A stretch of DNA of 64,000 nucleotides. It comes from Betaproteobacteria bacterium SG8_39. Its GTDB lineage: Bacteria > Pseudomonadota > Gammaproteobacteria > Burkholderiales > SG8-39. The position numbers and the translations under genes were made by a program. The notes under the pieces are model-generated. The model did not search any database, was not told the origin of the DNA, and saw only the letters and a list, made by a program, of their open reading frames with translations. Below, in pieces: positions 50,895 to 63,524 of the stretch (its first letter is position 1; each line of letters starts with the position of its first letter). The stretch covers positions 10,596 through 74,595 of the forward strand of contig LJTQ01000002.1 of the NCBI GenBank assembly GCA_001303445.1, in the 5' to 3' direction.

Positions 50895-53543
50895 GTGGCG
50901 AAAAGTCTGATCATTGCTGAAAAACCCTCCGTTGCCGCCGACATCGCGCGCGCGCTCGGCGGCTTCACGCGCAAAGGCGATTACTTCGAGAGTGATGACT
51001 GGGTGCTTGCGGCGGCGGTCGGTCACCTGCTCGAGCTTGTGGTGCCGGAGCAATTCGAGGTCAAGCGCGGAAAATGGTCGTTCGCGCACTTGCCGGTCAT
51101 TCCGCCACATTTCGCGCTGGCCCCTATCGAGCGCAACGCCGAGCGTCTCAATCTGTTGCTGCGGTTGATCAAGCGCAAGGACGTCAGTCGCTTGGTCAAT
51201 GCCTGCGACGCCGGCCGCGAAGGGGAGCTGATTTTCCGCTACATCGTGCAGCATGCTCGAACCGACAAGCCCATCTCGCGGCTGTGGCTGCAGTCCATGA
51301 CCCAGCAGGCGATCCGCGACGGCTTCGCCAGCCTACGCCCGGACGAGTCGCTGCTGCCGCTGGCCGATGCCGCCAAGTGCAGATCGGAAGCCGACTGGCT
51401 GGTCGGCATCAACGGCACACGGGCGATGACGGCTTTCAATTCCAAGGAGGGCGGGTTTTACCTGACCCCCGTCGGGCGGGTGCAGACCCCCACGCTTGCG
51501 TTGCTGGTCGAGCGCGAGGAGCGAATTCGCGCCTTCGTGCCGCGCGACTATTGGGAGGTGCACGCTCGATTTGGCGCCGCGGCGGGCGAGTACACCGCGC
51601 GGTGGACCGATCCGGAGTTCCGCAAGGACGACGACGCCGAGCGCCGGGCCGATCGACTGTGGAGCCGAGAGGCGGCGGACGCGATCGTCGCGGCCTGCCG
51701 AGACGCGCCGGGCCGCGTTTCCGAGGACACCCGCCCTTCGACCCAGCAGCCGCCGCTGCTGTTCGATCTGACCAGCCTGCAGCGCGAAGCGAACGGCCGT
51801 TTCGGCTTCTCCGCGAAAGGCACGCTATCGCTCGCCCAGTCACTGTATGAGCGCCACAAGGTTCTGACCTACCCGCGGACCGACTCGCGCGCGCTGCCCG
51901 AGGATTACCTTGGCACCGTCGGCGAGACGATGAAAGCGCTGTCGGACGTGAAGGACTTTGGCGAGCACGCGCGTAACGTGCTGAAGAACAAATGGATCAA
52001 GCCGAGCCGGCGAATTTTCGACAACAGCAAGATCTCGGACCACTTCGCGATCATACCGACCTCGCAGACGCCGCGTAACCTGAACGAAGGGGAACAGAAG
52101 CTCTACGATCTCGTCGTTCGCCGTTTCCTCGCGGTGTTCCATCCGGCGGCGGAATACCTGCAGACCACGCGCATCACACGTGTCGGCGAGCACCCGTTCC
52201 GTACCGACGGCCGCGTGCTGCAGAAACCGGGCTGGCTCGCGGTCTACGGGCGCGAGGCGCAGGGACAAAGCGACAGCCTGCCCCAGGTCATGCCGGACGA
52301 GCAGGTGCGGACGCTCGAGGTGACGAACCAGGCGAACCAGACCAAGCCGCCTGCGCGCTACACCGAGGCGACGCTGCTCTCTGCAATGGAAGGTGCCGGC
52401 AAGCTCGTCGAAGACGACGAGTTGCGAGAGGCGATGGAGGCCAAGGGCCTGGGCACGCCGGCCACGCGTGCGGCAACCATTGAAGGGCTGATCCGCGAGG
52501 AATACGTCCACCGCAGCGGTAGGGAGCTGGTACCCGCGCCGAAGGCGTTTTCACTGTTCTTCGCCCTGAAACATTTCGGCGTCAGCGAAGTCACGTCCCC
52601 GGAGCTCACGGGCGACTGGGAGTACAAGCTCAAGCAGATGGAGCAGGGCAAGCTGCGGCGCGAAGAGTTCATGGATCATATCGAGGAGGTCACCCGCGAT
52701 CTCGTCGAGCGCATTCGCGGCGGGGAAATCCCGAACACCGCGTTTGCCACGGTCTCCGAGCCCTGCCCCAAATGCGGCGGCAGCGTGCAGGAGAACTATC
52801 GCAAGTTCCAGTGTCAGAAATGCGATTTCTCCCTCTGGAAGGTGCTTTCGGGCCGCGAGTGGTCTCCGGAGGAAATCGGGGAATTGTTCCGCGAGCGCTT
52901 CATCGGACCGCTGCACGGCTTTCGCAGTCGGATGGGTCGGCCGTTTAGCGCCGGCATCCGGCTGACCGACGAACACCGGCTGGAGTTTGACTTCGGTCAG
53001 GGGTCTGCGTCCGAGCAATCCGCCGAGGCACCTGATTTTTCGGATCAGCGCAGCCTGGGCCCGTGCCCGAAATGCGGCGCAGGCGTCTACGAGCACGGCG
53101 TGGCCTACGTCTGCGAGAAAGCCGTCGGCCAGGACCGGAGTTGCGAGTTTCGCTCTGGCAAGGTCATCCTGCAGCAGACGGTCGAGCGCTCACAGATGGA
53201 GAAGTTGCTCGCTGAAGGGAAAACGGATCTGCTGACGCGCTTCATTTCGAAGAAGGGCCGGCCCTTCAAGGCATTTCTCGTGCGGCAACCCGAGGGACGG
53301 GTCGGCTTCGAATTCATGCCGCGCGCTAAACCGGCGGAAGGTGGGGCTCGCTCCGCACGGGGCGGTGCATCGGCAGCGACGGCGAAAGTCGCCGATGCCG
53401 AGGAAAAGCCGAAGCGTTCGAAGAAGACCTCTGCCCCGGCCGCGGCGGCACGCCGATCGGCGTCCAAGACCGAGAAGAAACCGACACCGTCCGCCAAGGC
53501 GCCGCGTAAGCGCGCCGCTGCACCCAAGCGCGCCCGCGGCTAG
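50895..53543 (+). CDS. topB: DNA topoisomerase III (type IA) with C-terminal zinc-ribbon repeats and a Lys/Ala-rich tail
   Basis: SLIIAEKPSVA, AVGHLLEL, CDAGREGELIF, ADWLVGINGTRA, GRVQTPTL, LTYPRTDSR and LGTPATRA are collinear with E. coli TopB rather than TopA. The start is uncertain (GTG at 50895 or 50850). Confidence 0.85.
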   Translation: MAKSLIIAEKPSVAADIARALGGFTRKGDYFESDDWVLAAAVGHLLELVVPEQFEVKRGKWSFAHLPVIPPHFALAPIERNAERLNLLLRLIKRKDVSRLVNACDAGREGELIFRYIVQHARTDKPISRLWLQSMTQQAIRDGFASLRPDESLLPLADAAKCRSEADWLVGINGTRAMTAFNSKEGGFYLTPVGRVQTPTLALLVEREERIRAFVPRDYWEVHARFGAAAGEYTARWTDPEFRKDDDAERRADRLWSREAADAIVAACRDAPGRVSEDTRPSTQQPPLLFDLTSLQREANGRFGFSAKGTLSLAQSLYERHKVLTYPRTDSRALPEDYLGTVGETMKALSDVKDFGEHARNVLKNKWIKPSRRIFDNSKISDHFAIIPTSQTPRNLNEGEQKLYDLVVRRFLAVFHPAAEYLQTTRITRVGEHPFRTDGRVLQKPGWLAVYGREAQGQSDSLPQVMPDEQVRTLEVTNQANQTKPPARYTEATLLSAMEGAGKLVEDDELREAMEAKGLGTPATRAATIEGLIREEYVHRSGRELVPAPKAFSLFFALKHFGVSEVTSPELTGDWEYKLKQMEQGKLRREEFMDHIEEVTRDLVERIRGGEIPNTAFATVSEPCPKCGGSVQENYRKFQCQKCDFSLWKVLSGREWSPEEIGELFRERFIGPLHGFRSRMGRPFSAGIRLTDEHRLEFDFGQGSASEQSAEAPDFSDQRSLGPCPKCGAGVYEHGVAYVCEKAVGQDRSCEFRSGKVILQQTVERSQMEKLLAEGKTDLLTRFISKKGRPFKAFLVRQPEGRVGFEFMPRAKPAEGGARSARGGASAATAKVADAEEKPKRSKKTSAPAAAARRSASKTEKKPTPSAKAPRKRAAAPKRARG

Positions 53544-53561
53544 CACGCCGCGCGAGCGTCG

Positions 53562-56000
<2,439 letters not shown>

Positions 56001-56029
56001 TCAACAAACCATGCTGCAAGGCAGCCTTC

Positions 56030-57136
56030 TCATATCCGCATCGGCATCACGACGTAGCGAAATTCCGGCTCCGATGCAAACTGAAAGAGGGTGCTGGACG
56101 ACGCGTCGCCGAACAGACATTCGACTTCCGGACTGCTGACATTGTTCAGCACGTCCAGCAGATAATTGACGTTGAATCCGATGTCGAGCGCTTCGCCCTT
56201 GTACTCGACGTCAAGTTCCTCTTGCGCCTCTTCCTGTTCGGCGTTCGAGGAGACGATCTTCAGGCTCGAATCGGTAAGTACCCAGCGCACACCGCGAAAT
56301 TTCTCGTTCGACAGGATGGCGGCGCGTAACAGCGATTGGCGCAGAACTTCGCGCTCCACCTTCAGACTATTCTTGTGCTGCGTCGGAATGACGCGCCCGT
56401 AGTCCGGAAACTTGCCGTCGACCAACTTCGATATGAGCTCGACGCCACCAAAGCGGAACGCTGCCTGCGCCGCCGAAAGCTCGACCTCCACCGGCTCGTC
56501 GCCGTCGGCGAGCAGTTTGCCGAGTTCTATGACGGTCTTCCGCGGCACGATCACTTCCTGCCTGGGCAACGCACTTTGCAGAGCCATCGCGGCATACGCC
56601 AGCCGGTGACCGTCGGTGGCCACCAGCTTGAGCCGTTCATCCTCGACGACCATCAGCAGGCCATTCAGGTAATAGCGGATGTCTTGCTGAGCCATGGAGT
56701 ACTGCACCATGCCGAGCAAGTGGCGCAGGGCTTTCTGCGGCAGTTCGAAGCGCGCGGTCTCTCCGCTCGGCCTCGAGAGGCGCGGAAAATCCTCCGCGGG
56801 CAGGGTCTGCAGGCTGAAGCGGCTCTTTCCAGCCTTCACCAGCAGCCGCTTGTCCTGTTGTTGCAGCGTGACCTCCGCCGACTCGGGCAGGGCCCGCAGG
56901 ATGTCGACCAGTTTGCGTGCGCCAACGGTTATGGCTCGTGCTCCTCCGCGCTCGCCGATCGGGGCACGCGCAGTAATCTGAATTTCGATGTCCGTCGCCA
57001 AGAACCCCAAGCCTTCGGCGCCCGGTTCGATGAGGACGTTCGACAGGATCGGAAGCGTGTGACGGCGTTCGATGATCCCGCTAACGGCGGAAAGAGGCTC
57101 GAGTATTGCGTCTCGCTTTGCCTTGACCAGAACCAT
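56030..57136 (-). CDS. dnaN: DNA polymerase III subunit beta
   Basis: 368 aa, three-domain clamp. Ends ...[10 protein letters not shown]. Located between dnaA and gyrB. Confidence 0.95.
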   Translation of the reverse strand: MVLVKAKRDAILEPLSAVSGIIERRHTLPILSNVLIEPGAEGLGFLATDIEIQITARAPIGERGGARAITVGARKLVDILRALPESAEVTLQQQDKRLLVKAGKSRFSLQTLPAEDFPRLSRPSGETARFELPQKALRHLLGMVQYSMAQQDIRYYLNGLLMVVEDERLKLVATDGHRLAYAAMALQSALPRQEVIVPRKTVIELGKLLADGDEPVEVELSAAQAAFRFGGVELISKLVDGKFPDYGRVIPTQHKNSLKVEREVLRQSLLRAAILSNEKFRGVRWVLTDSSLKIVSSNAEQEEAQEELDVEYKGEALDIGFNVNYLLDVLNNVSSPEVECLFGDASSSTLFQFASEPEFRYVVMPMRI

Positions 57137-57297
57137 ATTTATTTACCTAGTAGTTGTAGTAGGTGCTGAATACATCGTGGGATAACGCGGAAAGCAGATT
57201 GCCACCAACGAGTTGCCGCATTCTCGGCGGCGGGAGAACCTGTGGACAGCCTGTGCGGGAGGACGAACAACTTCTTGGCTTCGGCGCGGATGTCGAG

Positions 57298-57306
57298 TTA
57301 TCCACA
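57298..57306 (+). promoter_or_regulatory. DnaA box (perfect TTATCCACA) in the dnaA-dnaN spacer
   Basis: Exact match to the 9-mer consensus, read directly. An AT-rich block at 57137-57176 and a 2-mismatch box (CTGTCCACA on the minus strand, 57241-57249) are nearby. Confidence 0.7.
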
Positions 57307-57347
57307 ATTCATCCCGCTGATAGGCACAGCTTTAACGGGCGAATGAT

Positions 57348-58700
57348 TCATCGCTTGAGCACCTGTTCGAGCACCAGGTAATCGCGGTTCAGCCCACCAT
57401 CCTTCTTGCGCAAATCGGTAATAGTGCGGCAGGCGTGAAGCACGGTGGTGTGATCCCGATTGCCGAAGGCTTCGCCGATCTCCGGCAGGCTCATCTGGGT
57501 CAGGTCCTTTGCGAGCGCCATCGCGACCTGGCGGGGTCGGGCGACGTTGCGGCTTCGTTTCTTGGAGTGCATGTCGGCAATGCGGATCTTGAAGTAGTCT
57601 GCGACCGCCTTCTGGATGCCGTCGATCGTGATCTGCCGGTTCGCGACATTAAGGATGTCGCGTAGTGCTTCCTTGGCGAGCTCGAGATCGAGTTCGCGGC
57701 CGGTGAAGCGCGAAAAGGCCAGCACCTTTTTCAGCGCACCCTCAAGCTCGCGCACGTTCGAGCGGATGTTCTGGGCGATGAAGAAGGCGATGTCCTCCGG
57801 CAGCGCGCTGGATTCGAGTTCGGCCTTCTTCAGAACGATCGCCACTCGCATCTCGAGTTCAGGCGGCTCAATGGCGACCGTGAGACCCCAACCGAAGCGC
57901 GAGATGAGCCGCTCTTCCATCCCGGAAATTTCCTTCGGATAGGTGTCGCAGGTGATCACGATTTGCTTGTGCGCCTCGACCAACGCGTTGAAGGCGTAGA
58001 AAAATTCTTCCTGCGTTCGGTCCTTGTTGGAGAAAAACTGAATATCGTCGATGAGCAGCAGATCGAGCGAGTGGTAGTAACGCTTGAAATCGTCGAACGA
58101 ACGCTGTCGTACGGAGCGCACCACGTCCGAGACGTACTGCTCCGCATGGATGTAGCGGATGCGCGCCCCCGGGCGCTGCTCGGCGAGGTGGTTGCCGATG
58201 GCATGCACCAGATGGGTCTTGCCCAAGCCGACGCCACCATAGATGAACAGCGGGTTGTACGAGACGCCAGGGTTCTCGGCGACCTGTATGGCGGCGGCAC
58301 GTGCGAGCTGGTTCGCCTTGCCTGTAACGAAGCTATCGAAGGTAAAGCCGCGATTGAGTCTGGCGCGTTCCAGGGCTGCGGGCGCCTCGCCGCTGGTCGG
58401 AGCGCTCGGTGCCGCGCTCGCCATCGTCCCGGGAGCGGTACGTGCAGGACTGTCCAGGGTGCGCGAGAGAACGAGCTTCAAAGCGAACGCGTGACCGCTC
58501 GCCTCGGCTGCGAGGCGCTCGATCTTCGCGGAAAAGCGCTCCCGCACGAGTTCCAGCACGAAGCGGTTCGGCGCCGCGAGGACGAGCGTTTGCGGTTCGT
58601 CGGATTCCTCGGGCGTGAGCGGGCGAACCCAGGTATTGAACTGCTGTGTGGGGAGTTCCTGCTCCAATCGGCGCAGGCACGCTTCCCAGAGGTTTTGCAT
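57348..58700 (-). CDS. dnaA: chromosomal replication initiator protein DnaA
   Basis: 450 aa from [17 protein letters not shown]. Walker [11 protein letters not shown] and a C-terminal DNA-binding block ([16 protein letters not shown]). Confidence 0.95.
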   Translation of the reverse strand: MQNLWEACLRRLEQELPTQQFNTWVRPLTPEESDEPQTLVLAAPNRFVLELVRERFSAKIERLAAEASGHAFALKLVLSRTLDSPARTAPGTMASAAPSAPTSGEAPAALERARLNRGFTFDSFVTGKANQLARAAAIQVAENPGVSYNPLFIYGGVGLGKTHLVHAIGNHLAEQRPGARIRYIHAEQYVSDVVRSVRQRSFDDFKRYYHSLDLLLIDDIQFFSNKDRTQEEFFYAFNALVEAHKQIVITCDTYPKEISGMEERLISRFGWGLTVAIEPPELEMRVAIVLKKAELESSALPEDIAFFIAQNIRSNVRELEGALKKVLAFSRFTGRELDLELAKEALRDILNVANRQITIDGIQKAVADYFKIRIADMHSKKRSRNVARPRQVAMALAKDLTQMSLPEIGEAFGNRDHTTVLHACRTITDLRKKDGGLNRDYLVLEQVLKR

Positions 58701-58798
58701 GCGTTCGGGTAGCTTTTTTGGGCGCTCGTTCGACTGCCGTAACGAAGCCCCGGAAAGGGGCTTCGGAGAGGGTAAAATTCTACCTTTAAGGCGCCAAG

Positions 58799-58807
58799 TT
58801 ATCCACA
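58799..58807 (+). promoter_or_regulatory. DnaA box (perfect TTATCCACA) between dnaA and rpmH
   Basis: Exact 9-mer, about 100 nt upstream of the dnaA start on the opposite strand. Consistent with a dnaA autoregulatory or oriC-associated site. Confidence 0.7.
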
Positions 58808-58888
58808 GGCAGGCGGCACGAAAAAGCCTGATTTGACAACGACTCATGGCGCAGGCTGTAATACCGGCCTTTTTCCCTCGGGGCAGCA

Positions 58889-59023
58889 ATGAAACGGACC
58901 TATCAGCCGTCAAAAAAACGGCGCGCTCGGCAACACGGATTCCTGGTGCGCAGCCGCACGCGGGGCGGACGCGCGGTGCTGCGTGCGCGTCGCGCGCAGG
59001 GGCGCAAGCGTCTGGGCGTCTGA
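58889..59023 (+). CDS. rpmH: 50S ribosomal protein L34
   Basis: Hand translation [44 protein letters not shown] (44 aa). Below the ORF-track cutoff. Confidence 0.95.
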   Translation: MKRTYQPSKKRRARQHGFLVRSRTRGGRAVLRARRAQGRKRLGV

Positions 59024-59036
59024 TTCCCGCGCGAGC

Positions 59037-59396
59037 GTGCCGAGTGCCGCCTCGGGAGAGCGCCGGACCTTCGAACGCTCGCGTCGCATCACGCGTCGTG
59101 CCGATTTTGAGCGCTTGTTGAAGGCCGGCCAGCGTCGCAGCTTCGGCGGATTTGTTTTTTACATGGCGCGCCGCGAATGCGGCCCGGCGCGTCTAGGAAT
59201 CGTCATCTCGCGCCGCCATGCCCGCCTCGCGGCTACGCGCAATGCCATCAAGCGGTACATCCGGGAAGCGTTCAGGCTGGAGCAGTCTGGGCTTGGACCT
59301 ATCGATCTGCTCGTGCGGCCGCCGTTCGGCGCCAGGCCCTCGGTTGAGATGCTGACGCGCCTTCGCGCCCTTCTGGGGCGCCTGGAAGAGAAATGA
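59037..59396 (+). CDS. rnpA: ribonuclease P protein component
   Basis: [13 protein letters not shown]...[30 protein letters not shown] at 59037 chosen because the ORF-track start (58983) lies inside rpmH. Confidence 0.85.
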   Translation: MPSAASGERRTFERSRRITRRADFERLLKAGQRRSFGGFVFYMARRECGPARLGIVISRRHARLAATRNAIKRYIREAFRLEQSGLGPIDLLVRPPFGARPSVEMLTRLRALLGRLEEK

Positions 59397-59635
59397 TTGC
59401 CAAGACATTGCGGCTATTTGTGCGGTCGTATCGGGTCGTCATCAGCCCGCTGATGCCGCCTGCCTGCCGCTTCTACCCGAGCTGCTCGGAATATGCCGAG
59501 GAGGCGCTCTGTCGGCACGGCGCCTGGCGCGGCGGCTGGCTGACCGCCGGCCGCATTCTGCGCTGTGGCCCGTGGCACGACGGCGGCTACGATCCCGTGC
59601 CCGAAACGAACGAAACAGGGCGTAACGGTCGATGA
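59393..59635 (+). CDS. yidD: membrane protein insertion efficiency factor YidD
   Basis: [27 protein letters not shown]...[17 protein letters not shown]. Confidence 0.9.
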   Translation: MIAKTLRLFVRSYRVVISPLMPPACRFYPSCSEYAEEALCRHGAWRGGWLTAGRILRCGPWHDGGYDPVPETNETGRNGR

Positions 59636-61299
59636 ACCTCGATACCCAACGCCTCATTCTTCTGCTGGTGTTCAGCTTTTCGGTGCTGATGCTCTGGGAC
59701 GCCTGGCAAAAGCACAATCGCCCCAAGCCCCCCGCACAGACGGCTGCGCAGCGGGCGCAACAGACGGTACCGACCCCCAGCGCGCCGATCGACGGCAAAC
59801 CGGCGCCCACACCGGCGGCCAAGGGCGGTGGCGCGGTGCCTGCGAAGCCGTTGGCCGCGCCGACGCAGGGCGAGATTGTGCAGCTGCGGACCGATCTGAT
59901 GGTCGTGGACATCGACAGCATCGGCGGGACCCTGCGACGGGTGGAGCTGTTGAAGCACCGGGACGCGGTGGATCCGAAAAAGCCGTTCGTGCTCCTCGGA
60001 CCTGAGCATTCGTTTACGGCGCAAAGCGGCCTGACCGGTGAGGGCGGTCCGAACCACCGCAGTCAGTGGCGGATCGAAGACGGCCCCCGAACGCTAGCGT
60101 CCGGCCAGGATGCGCTCGAAGTACGCCTCAGCGCGCAGGGCAGCGACGGACTCACCGCCGAGAAGCGCTACATCTTCCACCGCAACAGCTACATCGTCGA
60201 TCTCGACGTGCAGGTGCGCAACACCACCGCGGCGCCGCTGCAGGCGCACGCGTACTTCCAGCTCGTGCGCGACGACCAGGCGCCGGCCGGGCAAACGGCG
60301 ATGATGCAGACGTTTTCCGGTCCTGTTTACTACACGCAGGAAAATGCCTATCACAAGGTGGACTTCTCGGATATCGCGAAGGACAAGTCCGGGATTCCCG
60401 CGCAGGCCAAAGACGGCTGGATCGGCATGGCACAGCACTATTTCGTCGCAGCTTGGCTGCCGCCGAACGAGACGCCGCGCGAGTACTACGCGAGGAAGCT
60501 TCCGGACGGACTGTATGCCGCCGGCACCATTCTCGGCGTCGGCGAGATTGCCCCTGGCGAAACGCGGAGCGCCCAGCTGCGCCTGTTCGTCGGGCCGCAG
60601 GAGCAACATCGCCTGAAAACGGCGGCACCTGGCCTCGACCTCGTCGTCGACTACGGCTGGCTGACGATCATCGCCTGGCCGCTGTTCTGGCTGCTCGAGA
60701 AATTTCATTCGCTGACCGGCAACTGGGGCGTCGCGATCATCCTGCTGACGATCAGCATCAAGCTGGTGTTTTTCCCGCTTTCGGCTGCGAGCTACAAGTC
60801 GATGGCCAAGATGAAGCTGGTTACTCCGCGCCTGACCAAGATTCGCGAGATGTACGCGAACGACCGCCAGAAAATGAATCAGGCGATGATGGAACTGTAC
60901 AAGACCGAGAAGATCAACCCGCTCGGCGGTTGTTTTCCGATCCTGGTACAGATCCCGGTTTTCATTGCGCTGTACTGGGTGCTGCTCGCCGCGATCGAAT
61001 TGCGCCATGCGCCATTCATTCTCTGGATCAAGGACCTGTCGGCGCTCGACCCGTATTACGTGCTGCCGATCCTGATGGCCGGGACGATGATCCTGCAGAC
61101 GCGGATGAACCCGAAGCCGCCCGACCCGGTGCAGGCCAAGGTGATGCAGTTCATGCCGTATGTCTTCAGCGTATTTTTCTTTTTCTTTCCGGCAGGCCTG
61201 GTGCTTTACTGGCTGGTGAACAACTGCCTTTCAATCGCACAGCAGTGGCAGATTCAGCGCATGTTTGATCGCGACAAAACTGCCCATGCCAGACGCTGA
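59632..61299 (+). CDS. yidC: membrane protein insertase YidC
   Basis: 555 aa, with a large periplasmic domain followed by the 60-kDa insertase core ([16 protein letters not shown]...[20 protein letters not shown]). Confidence 0.95.
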   Translation: MNLDTQRLILLLVFSFSVLMLWDAWQKHNRPKPPAQTAAQRAQQTVPTPSAPIDGKPAPTPAAKGGGAVPAKPLAAPTQGEIVQLRTDLMVVDIDSIGGTLRRVELLKHRDAVDPKKPFVLLGPEHSFTAQSGLTGEGGPNHRSQWRIEDGPRTLASGQDALEVRLSAQGSDGLTAEKRYIFHRNSYIVDLDVQVRNTTAAPLQAHAYFQLVRDDQAPAGQTAMMQTFSGPVYYTQENAYHKVDFSDIAKDKSGIPAQAKDGWIGMAQHYFVAAWLPPNETPREYYARKLPDGLYAAGTILGVGEIAPGETRSAQLRLFVGPQEQHRLKTAAPGLDLVVDYGWLTIIAWPLFWLLEKFHSLTGNWGVAIILLTISIKLVFFPLSAASYKSMAKMKLVTPRLTKIREMYANDRQKMNQAMMELYKTEKINPLGGCFPILVQIPVFIALYWVLLAAIELRHAPFILWIKDLSALDPYYVLPILMAGTMILQTRMNPKPPDPVQAKVMQFMPYVFSVFFFFFPAGLVLYWLVNNCLSIAQQWQIQRMFDRDKTAHARR

Positions 61300-62632
61300 C
61301 GCCAGCCCGGCGAGGCACGACACAATTGCGGCCATCGCGACGCCCGCCGGACGCGGCGGGATCGGCGTGGTGCGCGTCTCCGGACCCCGTGCAGCCGAAA
61401 TCGCACGTCGTCTGACTGGCACTCTGCCGCCGCCGCGCCGGGCGGGGCTGAGCACCTTCAGCGACGCACGCGGGGAGACGATCGACGAGGGGCTGGTGAT
61501 CCACTTTCCCGCGCCGCATTCGTATACCGGTGAGGCGGTCGTCGAGTTGCAGGGTCACGGCGGCCCGGTGGTCATGCATGCGCTGCTCGCGGCCTGTGTC
61601 GATGCCGGCGCACGGCTGGCGGAGCCTGGCGAGTTCACGCGGCGCGCCTTTCTTGAGGGCCGGCTCGATCTCGCGCAAGCCGAAGCCGTCGCCGACCTGA
61701 TCGACGCCGCGAGCCGCAGCGCGGCGCGCTCGGCGCTGCGTTCGCTCAAGGGTGATTTCTCGGCCGCGATCGATGCGCTCGCCACGCAGCTCGTCGAGCT
61801 GCGTGCGCTGACCGAGGCGATGCTCGACTTTCCGGAGGAAGAGGTGGATACGCTGCACCGCGATGACGCAGCGCGCAGACTGGAGCGCGCGTGCGCTGCG
61901 CTCGAAGCGGTATTTGCACGCAGCCGGCAAGGCAGCCTGCTGCGAAGCGGGATTCACGTGGTCTTGACCGGGCGGCCCAACGTCGGCAAATCGAGCCTGC
62001 TCAACCGTCTGGCGGGTGAGGAGCGGGCGATCGTGACCCCGACTGCAGGCACGACGCGCGACGCGCTGCGCGAAGCGCTAGAGATCGACGGGGTGCCGCT
62101 GGTCGTCGTGGACACCGCTGGGCTGCGCGAGTCGCACGAAGAGGTCGAGCGGCTTGGCGTCGAGCGCACCCATCGCGAGATCGCGCGCGCAGACGTCATC
62201 GTGTTCGTCTACGAGGCACGCGCCGGACTCGGCGTCGAAGAGCGCGCGTTGCTTGACGCGCTACCTGCGGATGTTCCCTGCGTGCGCGTCGCGAACAAGG
62301 TCGATTTGCTGGAGAAACCGATCGACGCGGCGCACGCGGTTGCGGTGTCGGCAAAGACCGGCGCGGGCCTGGACGCCTTGCGTCGCGCGATTCTCGACGC
62401 TGCGGGCTGGCGGCCGGGCGAGGAGACCGTGTTCCTCGCGCGTGAACGGCATCTGCGCGCGCTCCTCCGGGCGCGTACGCATCTCGAGGCCGCGTCGCGC
62501 GAGAGCGGTCGATGGGAACTGTTTGCCGAGGAACTGCGTCTTGCGCACGCCGCGCTTTGTGAGATCACCGGGGAATTCGGTGCCGACGATCTGCTGGGCG
62601 AAATCTTCGCGCGCTTTTGCATCGGTAAGTAG
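61286..62632 (+). CDS. mnmE: tRNA uridine-5-carboxymethylaminomethyl(34) synthesis GTPase MnmE
   Basis: DTIAAIATPAGRGGIGVVRVSG, G-domain GRPNVGKSSLLN and C-terminal FCIGK. ATG at 61286 preferred over TTG at 61265. Confidence 0.95.
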   Translation: MPDADASPARHDTIAAIATPAGRGGIGVVRVSGPRAAEIARRLTGTLPPPRRAGLSTFSDARGETIDEGLVIHFPAPHSYTGEAVVELQGHGGPVVMHALLAACVDAGARLAEPGEFTRRAFLEGRLDLAQAEAVADLIDAASRSAARSALRSLKGDFSAAIDALATQLVELRALTEAMLDFPEEEVDTLHRDDAARRLERACAALEAVFARSRQGSLLRSGIHVVLTGRPNVGKSSLLNRLAGEERAIVTPTAGTTRDALREALEIDGVPLVVVDTAGLRESHEEVERLGVERTHREIARADVIVFVYEARAGLGVEERALLDALPADVPCVRVANKVDLLEKPIDAAHAVAVSAKTGAGLDALRRAILDAAGWRPGEETVFLARERHLRALLRARTHLEAASRESGRWELFAEELRLAHAALCEITGEFGADDLLGEIFARFCIGK

Positions 62633-62642
62633 GCTGTAATCC

Positions 62643-63410
62643 GTGCCCTGGAACCCGCAGGCCTACGAAGCGTTCGCCGACCATCGCATGCGTCCAGCGA
62701 TCGACCTGCTGAACCGCGTGTCGCTCGACGCGCCGCGCCGTGTCGTCGATCTTGGCTGCGGCAGCGGGGGCGTCACCCTACTGCTCGCGGCGCGCTGGCC
62801 TCAGGCCGCGATCGTTGCGCTCGACAGTTCGGCGGAGATGCTGGCGCGCGCGCGGGCGCGCAGTGCGGCGATCGAATGGCGGCAGGTCGACCTGGCTGCG
62901 TGGCGCACGGCCGAGCCCTTCGATCTGGTTTTCTCGAACGCCGCGCTGCACTGGCTGACGGATCATGCGACGCTCATCCCGCGGTTGGCCGATGCGGTTG
63001 CACCGGGCGGCGTGCTCGCGGTGCAGATGCCGAACAACTTTTCCGCACCGTCGCACCTGCTGATGCACGCGCTGGCGCTCGAGACGCCGTATCGCGCTCA
63101 CCTGGATTCCGTGCTGCGGCAGACGCCGGTGCTCGACGCGCAGAGCTATCACGCGTTGCTCGCGCCCCACTTCGGACGCATCGACCTCTGGTCGACCGAG
63201 TACCTGCAGGTCCTGCAAGGCGAGAATCCGGTCGCAGACTGGACGCGCTCGACCTGGCTCGGCGGTCTGCTCGAAGCGTTGCCAGAGGGGCTGCGCGGGC
63301 CCTTCGAAGCGGAATACCGCCACCGGGTGCTGCAGGCATACCCGAAACGCGACGATGGCAGCACGCTGTTTCCGTTCCGTCGCCTGTTTGTGGTGGCGAC
63401 CACCGCATGA
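62643..63410 (+). CDS. tam: trans-aconitate 2-methyltransferase-like SAM-dependent methyltransferase
   Basis: Collinear with E. coli Tam (WNPQAY...RPAIDLL, VVDLGCGSGG, FSNAALHWL, GVLAVQMPNN, FPFRRLFVVA). GTG start. Confidence 0.8.
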   Translation: MPWNPQAYEAFADHRMRPAIDLLNRVSLDAPRRVVDLGCGSGGVTLLLAARWPQAAIVALDSSAEMLARARARSAAIEWRQVDLAAWRTAEPFDLVFSNAALHWLTDHATLIPRLADAVAPGGVLAVQMPNNFSAPSHLLMHALALETPYRAHLDSVLRQTPVLDAQSYHALLAPHFGRIDLWSTEYLQVLQGENPVADWTRSTWLGGLLEALPEGLRGPFEAEYRHRVLQAYPKRDDGSTLFPFRRLFVVATTA

Positions 63411-63524
63411 CCGCGGTGTTACAATCAACCGTCCCGAAACCCCCACTTATCGCCGCGTCGCGATGCCGTCGAGCCGTGTAGTTTTTCGGTTTCCGCGCGG
63501 TGACGCCGGCCCGGAGTTTTCGAC

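Noticed and set aside
57177-57186. GTGGGATAAC as a third DnaA box
   Set aside because: The reverse complement TTATCCCAC differs from TTATCCACA at three of the last three positions. That is too weak to count without a matrix score.
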